A stretch of 5,152 bases of DNA from a virus (Duplodnaviria; Heunggongvirae; Uroviricota; Caudoviricetes), in IMG/VR virus record IMGVR_UViG_2706794698_000004; one strand, written 5' to 3'. The notes beneath the pieces were generated by a model that had not been told where the DNA came from, ran no database searches, and worked only from the letters and a program-made list of their open reading frames with translations. Made by a program: the position numbers and the translations under genes. The number at the start of each line of letters is the position of its first letter. Position 1 is the first letter of the stretch. Shown here piece by piece: positions 1 to 5,152 of this stretch.

Positions 1-57
1 GGAAACAAGTGAGCGTTTCCGGATTCTTACACAGCCACTGGATCGGTCAACTGATCC

Positions 58-966
58 TTAACTGATCGGCATTACACCACCGGGACGCGGATTCATATCT
101 TCCAGGTCGCGGCAGTCATTGGAAGAGTAAATTCCCCAGTTGATCCCGGTGGCGTAGGCTTCAAAACGGGACTTCATATCCCCGCGCAGTAACGCCCCGG
201 CGTTAAATTTGGCGTAATAAACGCCCTGCTTACTTTTTCGTACCAGTCCGGTGTTGATCCGCTGTTCGATGCGGGTCAGATACGGCACCAGTGAATAGTT
301 GATAAATCCCAGCCCCAGCTCTTCGATATTGTTGAAGGTGGCGCGATCGGTGTTCTGCACCATGTGCAACGGCACCCGGAACAGACGACAGATTTCTTCC
401 AGCTGAAACTTGCGGGTTTCCAGGAACTGACTGTCCTCGGCGTTCAGCGCCATCGACTTCCAGTCCAGCCCCATTTCCAGAATCATCGGGCGGTGAGCAT
501 TGCCAAGCCCCGTGTGACACTCCTCAAAATCTTTCTTCAGACGCTCGTAAGCATCCGGCGTGAGCTTTTGTTCCGTACGCAACACACCGGATGTCACCGC
601 ACCATTACTAAACAACCTGGCACCGTGCTCCTCGGTTGCCGCTGCCAGTGAAATGGCCTCACGCGCATACGCAATGGGATTCAGCCCGACAAGTCCATCC
701 AGCGTCAGGGTGCGCACATGCCAGATTTCATTCTGGGTCAACACATCCACGGAACCATCCGGAAACGTCACCTGATAAACCGGCTGCCACTGGCTGTTCA
801 GCTTCGGTTCCACACAGCCCGGATCTATCGGAAGAAGCTCCACCACTTCTCCCAGTGCCTTTACCTTGTAGGCGTAAAAATTCCCCCGTAGACACAGGCA
901 GACAATAACCAGCTCCCAGAATTCCTGCGGTGTCATGTAGCCATTAGGTTTTGCCGAAACCAACTT
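58..966 (-). CDS. Phage portal protein, HK97 family (C-terminal 302 aa visible; N-terminus hidden in N-run)
   Basis: Minus-strand ORF with stop TAA at 60-58. Visible translation KLVSAKPNGY...EHGARLFSNGA...NPRPGGVMPIS* has the length and character of HK97-type portal proteins (recognised from memory, no search run). In this frame a stop (TAA, 1248-1246) lies just upstream of GTG 1242-1240, so the start is at that GTG or inside the N-run; maximum length 394 aa. Confidence 0.88.
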   Translation of the reverse strand, partial: KLVSAKPNGYMTPQEFWELVIVCLCLRGNFYAYKVKALGEVVELLPIDPGCVEPKLNSQWQPVYQVTFPDGSVDVLTQNEIWHVRTLTLDGLVGLNPIAYAREAISLAAATEEHGARLFSNGAVTSGVLRTEQKLTPDAYERLKKDFEECHTGLGNAHRPMILEMGLDWKSMALNAEDSQFLETRKFQLEEICRLFRVPLHMVQNTDRATFNNIEELGLGFINYSLVPYLTRIEQRINTGLVRKSKQGVYYAKFNAGALLRGDMKSRFEAYATGINWGIYSSNDCRDLEDMNPRPGGVMPIS

Positions 967-967
967 A

Positions 968-1238
968 NNNNNNNNNNNNNNNNNNNNNNNNNNNNNNNNN
1001 NNNNNNNNNNNNNNNNNNNNNNNNNNNNNNNNNNNNNNNNNNNNNNNNNNNNNNNNNNNNNNNNNNNNNNNNNNNNNNNNNNNNNNNNNNNNNNNNNNNN
1101 NNNNNNNNNNNNNNNNNNNNNNNNNNNNNNNNNNNNNNNNNNNNNNNNNNNNNNNNNNNNNNNNNNNNNNNNNNNNNNNNNNNNNNNNNNNNNNNNNNNN
1201 NNNNNNNNNNNNNNNNNNNNNNNNNNNNNNNNNNNNNN
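968..1238. other. Run of 271 N (masked or unresolved bases); content unknown
   Basis: Directly visible as n characters; interrupts the 5' part of the portal ORF. Confidence 1.
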
Positions 1239-1241
1239 ACA

Positions 1242-1424
1242 CTATTTACCTCCGCCGACAGACTGCCGTGTACGGTCGAGATATCGCGCCACCAGCCACG
1301 ACCAGAACAGGCACAGCGCCCCGGCAACAACAAAACCCGCCGGGGGATAAATCAGCCAGGCACCATACGCCAGCAAAAGCGCACCCAGCACGCCCACCAG
1401 AGGCGCGAGAATCAGCATGATCAT
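1242..1424 (-). CDS. Small hypothetical membrane protein (60 aa, two predicted hydrophobic segments) between terminase large subunit and portal
   Basis: ATG 1424-1422 preceded by GAGGT (1433-1429) with a 4-nt spacer; stop TAG 1244-1242. Translation [60 protein letters not shown] has two hydrophobic stretches and a basic C-terminus. Sits in the same operon with 13 nt between the TerL stop and its ATG, and its stop overlaps the first possible portal start. No family recognised. Confidence 0.55.
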   Translation of the reverse strand: MIMLILAPLVGVLGALLLAYGAWLIYPPAGFVVAGALCLFWSWLVARYLDRTRQSVGGGK

Positions 1425-1428
1425 AATT

Positions 1429-1433
1429 ACCTC
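1429..1433 (-). promoter_or_regulatory. Shine-Dalgarno (GAGGT) for the 60-aa ORF, placed right after the TerL stop codon
   Basis: Minus-strand sequence TAA-CT-GAGGT-AATT-ATG read directly from coordinates 1438-1422. Confidence 0.5.
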
Positions 1434-1435
1434 AG

Positions 1436-3169
1436 TTAAAGCGAGCGGATCCCGTAGGACTCAATGTGGTCAGACAGCGTGTCTTCTTTCTCGTACAGCA
1501 TGGCTCTGCCAACCGCCATAATCAGCGCAACTGCACCATCGATTTTGTTTTCCGCCTGCTCTTTGACGGGTTTCACCACATCATCGTTACCCGGCATGTT
1601 TTTGCCGACCACGTTGCCGATACACCAGGTCATGATGGGATTGCCGTCATGATGAAAACGTCCCGATTCAATCGCTGCTTCCAGCTCTTTCATCGGATCG
1701 GACATATTGGTGAAGTTCTGGACGATAGTGACGGGATTCAGGTCTTCATCAGCAAGGTCATGTGACAACCCGGTCGCCCCGAAGGGGTCGATGGGTGACT
1801 CACTGACCGGGCTGATTTTGTTCGCCGCTTTGGCCTCCTCGAGGATGTAGCGATAATCCACCTCCGCACCATCGGTAACGGTCAGAACGCCCATTTCCAC
1901 CCATTTCTGAAAGCGTTCGGCTGTCCGTCGATCTTCATTTTTCTCGACGCTGTACACCGTGTCATACGGTACCCAGAAACGCGGGGCCACACTGTAGTAA
2001 TGCGTTTTACCGTCAATCTCGCGGGTATAAAGTCGCGCCATGCTGTTCATATCCAGCTTACGCGCCAGGTCAAAGGCCAGAATGCACGGCTGCCCCTCGA
2101 ACTGCTCAAGGGTCAGTGATTTATCCTCGCAGCTCTGCCAGCTCACCAAGTTGAAATACGCCGAACGCGCCGACACCCAGATATTGAGGTGTTTTGTTTT
2201 AAAGACGTTTGCCAGACGGGCGTTATTTTTCGCACGCTGCTGCTGACTTAACAAAAATTCGCGATAAACCGACACGCCAATATTTGGATTGGCTTTTTCC
2301 AGCACCTGCGGGCCGGTCCAGTCGTCACCTTCATCAACGGTATAGATGATCCCGAACAGTTCATCGTTAGGCACCGAGCCGTTGAGCATCTCGATGACTT
2401 CCCGCCGCTTGTCGTAGCACGGCCCCTCAATGTTGTACCCGGCGGTGGTGATGGCCCACATCAGTGGCTGACGTCGCGCCCCCATCCCGGTAAGCATTGT
2501 GGTATAAAGCGCATCGGTGGCATGCTCGTGATATTCATCAACCACGGCACAGTGGGGTGATGAACCATCACCTGGGTTGCCGATCAGCGGTTCAAACCGC
2601 GCGCCATCCTCCGGACGGTTCATGTTTGAGGCGTTAACCTCAATCCCGAACGCTTCCGTCAGCATGGGTGTGCGTTTACACATCAGTCGCGCCGGGCGAA
2701 AGACTTCCCACGCCTGTTTCTCTGTCGTGGCACCGGAATACACTTCCGCGCCAAACTCGTTATCACAGGCAAAACAATACAGGGCAACACCGGCAGAGAT
2801 TGCTGATTTGCCGTTCTTACGGGGGATTTCGGTGTACACCTCCCGGAAGCGGCGCAACCGGGTGCCTTTATTGACCCAGCCAAACGCACAGCAGATCACA
2901 AATAGCTGCCACGGCTCCAGCGTGATGGGCATCCGTTTGAATGCCCACTCCCCCTTGGTGTGCGGCAACAGCTGAATAAATTTCGCGGCCCGTTCAGCCA
3001 GGTCCTTGTCGAAGCGGTAACGAAACGACTTACTTTTTTCCGCCATCAGGTCATCAAGATGGCGCTGGCAGGCCTGAATCACAAACTGGCAGGCAACAAT
3101 CTTTCCGCGCACGACATCCCGGGCATACTGATTTGCAGCATTTACGTTGGGGTAAGATTTCCGGCTCAT
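1436..3169 (-). CDS. Terminase large subunit (HK97/Terminase_1 type ATPase-nuclease)
   Basis: 577-aa minus-strand ORF, ATG 3169-3167, stop TAA 1438-1436. Walker A-like PRKNGKS (nt 2824-2804), Walker B-like VVDEYHE, and C-terminal acidic nuclease-type motifs ([20 protein letters not shown]). Its ATG overlaps the upstream TerS stop as ATGA. Family assignment from memory of terminase architecture, not from a search. Confidence 0.93.
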   Translation of the reverse strand: MSRKSYPNVNAANQYARDVVRGKIVACQFVIQACQRHLDDLMAEKSKSFRYRFDKDLAERAAKFIQLLPHTKGEWAFKRMPITLEPWQLFVICCAFGWVNKGTRLRRFREVYTEIPRKNGKSAISAGVALYCFACDNEFGAEVYSGATTEKQAWEVFRPARLMCKRTPMLTEAFGIEVNASNMNRPEDGARFEPLIGNPGDGSSPHCAVVDEYHEHATDALYTTMLTGMGARRQPLMWAITTAGYNIEGPCYDKRREVIEMLNGSVPNDELFGIIYTVDEGDDWTGPQVLEKANPNIGVSVYREFLLSQQQRAKNNARLANVFKTKHLNIWVSARSAYFNLVSWQSCEDKSLTLEQFEGQPCILAFDLARKLDMNSMARLYTREIDGKTHYYSVAPRFWVPYDTVYSVEKNEDRRTAERFQKWVEMGVLTVTDGAEVDYRYILEEAKAANKISPVSESPIDPFGATGLSHDLADEDLNPVTIVQNFTNMSDPMKELEAAIESGRFHHDGNPIMTWCIGNVVGKNMPGNDDVVKPVKEQAENKIDGAVALIMAVGRAMLYEKEDTLSDHIESYGIRSL

Positions 3170-3549
3170 GATTCGATAATTTTCAGAAACGGGTTAGTGG
3201 CTTTCTTCTGCCCCGCCAGGCCAATCAGACGCTGGCGGCTGCTGGGGTCGAGTCCGAGCATTGCCCCCGTGCTGCTCATCTCGGACTCCTGTTCTTTTTT
3301 GGCGGTCAGCTCCGGATTTTTGACCCTGCCGCCCATTGCACCGGTGATGGTGTTGCCCTGTATGGCAATATTTTTCACGGCACGTCGCCAGAACTCATAG
3401 GCCACGCACCACCGCTCAAGTACCGCCAGGTCAGTCACGCACAGCAGGCCCTGACCGCAGAGTTCTTTGGTTGTCAGTTGCCACATGATCGTGGCGAGAG
3501 GGAGATCTTCTTCAGCGAACCACTCTGGTGGCTCAACACCTTTGATGGG
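3166..3549 (-). CDS. Terminase small subunit, P27-like (C-terminal 127 aa visible; N-terminus hidden in N-run)
   Basis: Minus-strand frame open from the N-run to TGA 3168-3166, which overlaps the TerL ATG. Visible translation [16 protein letters not shown]...[15 protein letters not shown]...[16 protein letters not shown]...KIIES* resembles P27-family small terminases (from memory). Position directly upstream of TerL supports the call. Confidence 0.78.
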   Translation of the reverse strand, partial: PIKGVEPPEWFAEEDLPLATIMWQLTTKELCGQGLLCVTDLAVLERWCVAYEFWRRAVKNIAIQGNTITGAMGGRVKNPELTAKKEQESEMSSTGAMLGLDPSSRQRLIGLAGQKKATNPFLKIIES

Positions 3550-3550
3550 C

Positions 3551-3802
3551 NNNNNNNNNNNNNNNNNNNNNNNNNNNNNNNNNNNNNNNNNNNNNNNNNN
3601 NNNNNNNNNNNNNNNNNNNNNNNNNNNNNNNNNNNNNNNNNNNNNNNNNNNNNNNNNNNNNNNNNNNNNNNNNNNNNNNNNNNNNNNNNNNNNNNNNNNN
3701 NNNNNNNNNNNNNNNNNNNNNNNNNNNNNNNNNNNNNNNNNNNNNNNNNNNNNNNNNNNNNNNNNNNNNNNNNNNNNNNNNNNNNNNNNNNNNNNNNNNN
3801 NN
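3551..3802. other. Run of 252 N (masked or unresolved bases); hides the HNH 3' end, the HNH/TerS intergenic region and the TerS 5' end
   Basis: Directly visible as n characters. Confidence 1.
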
Positions 3803-4035
3803 GCCTCGCTCACCACACCGACACGCAGACACAACTGACACAGACCTTTATCGCGCTTCAGAATACGGGCACGAATCACCGTCCATTTTGAGCCATAGCC
3901 ACGCTGGTGGCGGCTCAGTCCGCGCTGGTGCTGCACCCAGCCTTCACCGCGATGTTTATCGCAGTAACCCGAACTGTCTGTGGTTGTACCTGCACATCCA
4001 CGCTTACGGCAGGCACGTGGGATTAGTGATGGCAT
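3803..4035 (-). CDS. HNH endonuclease (N-terminal 77 aa visible; C-terminus hidden in N-run)
   Basis: ATG 4035-4033 preceded by GAGGT (4044-4040) with a 4-nt spacer. Translation MPSLIPRACRKRGCAGTTTDSSGYCDKHRGEGWVQHQRGLSRHQRGYGSKWTVIRARILKRDKGLCQLCLRVGVVSE has a Cys/His zinc-knuckle (CRKRGC...YCDKH) followed by an HNH-type core (W..IRARILKRDKGLCQLC). Confidence 0.85.
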
Positions 4036-4039
4036 AAAT

Positions 4040-4044
4040 ACCTC
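4040..4044 (-). promoter_or_regulatory. Shine-Dalgarno (GAGGT) for the HNH endonuclease gene
   Basis: Minus-strand GAGGT-ATTT-ATG read directly from coordinates 4044-4033. Confidence 0.5.
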
Positions 4045-4077
4045 ATACCCTGCGAAATGTTTACCACGATAAAAAGG

Positions 4078-4356
4078 CTACTTAATGCACTGAGTGCGGA
4101 TATACTCCTGTGCCCCTTCCAGTTGCATCTGCATCGTCATCAGCCGCTCTCTGAGGGTGAAATAATCCCGTTCAGCGGTGTCTGCCAGTCGGGGGCTGGT
4201 TGCATTATCCACGCCGGAGGCGGTGGTGGCTTCACGCACTGACTGACAGACTGCTTTGATGTGCAACCGACGACGACCAGCGGCAACATCAGCGCGCAGA
4301 GTTTCATTTTCAGCTTTCGCATCAGCTAACTCCTTCGTGTATTTAGCATCGAGTGC
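4078..4356 (-). CDS. Rz: Rz i-spanin, C-terminal segment (copy B; 92 codons visible, no start codon visible, upstream part in N-run)
   Basis: Minus-strand frame reads [92 protein letters not shown] with stop TAG 4080-4078. This closely matches the C-terminal ~90 residues of lambda-type Rz as I recall it. The ORF track only reports 4078..4266 because it starts at an internal TTG. Confidence 0.8.
   Translation of the reverse strand, partial: ALDAKYTKELADAKAENETLRADVAAGRRRLHIKAVCQSVREATTASGVDNATSPRLADTAERDYFTLRERLMTMQMQLEGAQEYIRTQCIK
4140..4322 (-). CDS. Rz1: Rz1 o-spanin (outer-membrane lipoprotein), embedded in the +1 frame of the Rz C-terminal segment
   Basis: 60-aa ORF with ATG 4322-4320. 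MRKLKMKLCALMLPLVVVGC has a signal peptide with a lipobox-like VVGC, followed by a proline-rich stretch (PPPPP) and ending in ISPSESG, matching lambda-type Rz1 from memory. The embedded arrangement is canonical for Rz/Rz1. Confidence 0.85.
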   Translation of the reverse strand: MRKLKMKLCALMLPLVVVGCTSKQSVSQCVKPPPPPAWIMQPAPDWQTPLNGIISPSESG

Positions 4357-4358
4357 AT
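4304..4358. repeat. Direct repeat copy 1 (55 bp, abuts the N-run); identical to 4639-4693
   Basis: Base-by-base comparison: tcattttcagctttcgcatcagctaactccttcgtgtatttagcatcgagtgcat at both positions, offset exactly 335 bp. Identity stops at 4303 vs 4638; further left the two flanks are only partly similar. Confidence 0.95.
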
Positions 4359-4611
4359 NNNNNNNNNNNNNNNNNNNNNNNNNNNNNNNNNNNNNNNNNN
4401 NNNNNNNNNNNNNNNNNNNNNNNNNNNNNNNNNNNNNNNNNNNNNNNNNNNNNNNNNNNNNNNNNNNNNNNNNNNNNNNNNNNNNNNNNNNNNNNNNNNN
4501 NNNNNNNNNNNNNNNNNNNNNNNNNNNNNNNNNNNNNNNNNNNNNNNNNNNNNNNNNNNNNNNNNNNNNNNNNNNNNNNNNNNNNNNNNNNNNNNNNNNN
4601 NNNNNNNNNNN
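4359..4611. other. Run of 253 N (masked or unresolved bases) between the two repeat copies in the spanin locus
   Basis: Directly visible as n characters. Confidence 1.
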
Positions 4612-4612
4612 C

Positions 4613-4657
4613 CATTATCAAGCTTGCGCCGAAGAGCATCATTTTCAGCTTTCGCAT
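4613..4657 (-). CDS. Second Rz1-like o-spanin start (copy A; first 15 codons visible, remainder in N-run)
   Basis: ATG 4657-4655 is exactly 335 bp from the Rz1 ATG at 4322-4320 and lies in the +1 frame of the Rz copy A segment. Reads [15 protein letters not shown], sharing MRKLKM with Rz1 and then diverging. Only 15 residues are visible, so the call is tentative. Confidence 0.35.
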
Positions 4658-4877
4658 CAGCTAACTCCTTCGTGTATTTAGCATCGAGTGCATTAACATC
4701 ACGCTGTCTCTGCTGCATGTCAGTAATGGTTGCGTTCGCCAGCTTCAGTTCTCTTGCGTTTTTGTCGCGCTGCTCTTTGTAGGTAATGGCGTTATCACGG
4801 TAATGATTAACAGCCCATGACAGGCAGACGATGATGCAGATAACCAGAGCGGAGATAATCGCGGTGACTCTGCTCAT
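4614..4877 (-). CDS. Rz: Rz i-spanin, N-terminal segment (copy A; 88 codons visible, continues into N-run)
   Basis: ATG 4877-4875 with GGGGG 5 nt upstream; its ATG overlaps the endolysin stop as ATGA. Translation [88 protein letters not shown] has an N-terminal hydrophobic transmembrane segment and is lambda-type Rz-like up to ENDALR, then diverges. The ORF-track GTG start at 4889 (MGAAM) is rejected in favour of the conserved MSRVTAI start. Confidence 0.8.
4639..4693. repeat. Direct repeat copy 2 (55 bp); identical to 4304-4358
   Basis: See copy 1. Lies within Rz copy A codons ~62-80 and contains the second Rz1-like ATG. Confidence 0.95.
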
Positions 4878-5152
4878 TGCTGCCCCCACAAACAGACTTC
4901 ACGCTCAATCTCACGACGGGTCATCAGCCCTTTCCATTGCTTACCGCCAGCATATGTCCAGCGACGTAGCTGGTCACATGCGCCTTTGATATCGCCCTGG
5001 TTTATTTTGCGAAGAAGCGTCGATGTTCTGAAATTGCCAGCGCCCACGTTGTAAACGAACGAGTAAAGAGCGCCGCGCGTTGTTTCCGGTATATCGACTT
5101 TGATGTACGGGTTAATTTGTCTGGCGACAGTGGCAAGGTCTTTATTCAGGAG
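4874..5152 (-). CDS. R: Endolysin, phage lysozyme family (C-terminal 92 aa; 5' end outside the window)
   Basis: Minus-strand frame is open from the window edge to TGA 4876-4874. Translation [92 protein letters not shown] is recognised from memory as the C-terminus of a lambdoid lysozyme-type endolysin (phage 21 R / RrrD-like). Position immediately upstream of Rz fits the lysis cassette order. Confidence 0.85.

Noticed and set aside
1-57. Start of the next head gene (prohead protease) downstream of portal on the minus strand
   Set aside because: No ATG with an SD in the 57 visible bases; one frame is open but lacks a start codon, so the gene probably begins beyond the window edge. Not annotated.
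230-2889. Minus-strand alternative-frame ORFs 230..520, 2248..2430, 2683..2889
   Set aside because: Embedded out of frame within the portal or TerL coding sequences; translations are compositionally biased and unconvincing. The known embedded-gene case in this window is Rz1 within Rz, not these.
364-3400. Plus-strand ORFs in the ORF track (364..651, 560..775, 636..908, 1464..1652, 1466..1765, 2040..2246, 2577..2975, 2668..2874, 2960..3400)
   Set aside because: All lie antisense to long minus-strand genes with clear phage-protein character (portal, TerL, TerS). They have no RBS support and low-complexity Arg/Ser/Pro-rich translations typical of antisense frames in GC-moderate DNA.
3166-4035. 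Single 289-aa ORF joining HNH endonuclease and terminase small subunit
   Set aside because: The two visible segments happen to be in the same frame (1-in-3 chance), and the ORF finder translated the 252 N as X. HNH and TerS are separate genes in related phages, so a fusion is not supported without the masked bases.
4036-4077. Possible terminator or regulatory hairpin in the 42-nt Rz-HNH intergenic spacer
   Set aside because: No convincing GC-rich inverted repeat followed by a T-tract on the minus strand; the spacer mainly carries the HNH Shine-Dalgarno.
4304-4693. 55-bp repeat as a target-site duplication flanking an inserted mobile element in the gap
   Set aside because: Target-site duplications are typically 2-14 bp, and the gap is only 253 nt, too small for an IS with transposase. 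The flanks are in-register diverged Rz homologues, which points to homologous duplication or recombination. A miniature element cannot be fully excluded without the masked bases.
4878-4889. GTG start at 4889 giving MGAAMSRV... for Rz
   Set aside because: The ATG at 4877 gives the conserved Rz N-terminus MSRVTAI, has a G-rich SD 5 nt upstream and overlaps the endolysin stop. The GTG extension lies inside the endolysin coding sequence.
1-5152. Novel defence system, CRISPR array, tRNA or integrase/attachment site
   Set aside because: No array-like short repeats, no tRNA-like structure noticed, no non-phage cargo genes; all visible coding capacity is accounted for by canonical lysis and packaging/head genes.

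Overview
The whole window is a single minus-strand late-gene block of an HK97-like lambdoid phage or prophage from an enterobacterial host (host inferred from recalled similarity, no search run). Reading along the minus strand from 5152 down to 1: the 3' end of a lysozyme-type endolysin gene, an Rz/Rz1 spanin locus, an HNH endonuclease, terminase small (P27-like) and large subunits, a 60-aa small membrane ORF, and an HK97-family portal gene. Three runs of N (968-1238, 3551-3802, 4359-4611) hide the portal N-terminus, the HNH/TerS junction where a cos site would be expected, and the middle of the spanin locus. Nothing inside them can be described, and every ORF-track entry bridging them is an artefact. 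I see no tRNA, rRNA, CRISPR array, IS element or cargo/defence cassette; the genes are tightly packed with overlapping stop/start codons, and I do not find a novel system here. The one unusual structure is in the spanin locus: an exact 55-bp direct repeat, offset by 335 bp, brackets the third N-run. It produces two in-register Rz1-type start codons and an Rz reading frame that cannot be continuous, which points to a partial duplication or mosaic recombination junction, or to an assembly artefact.
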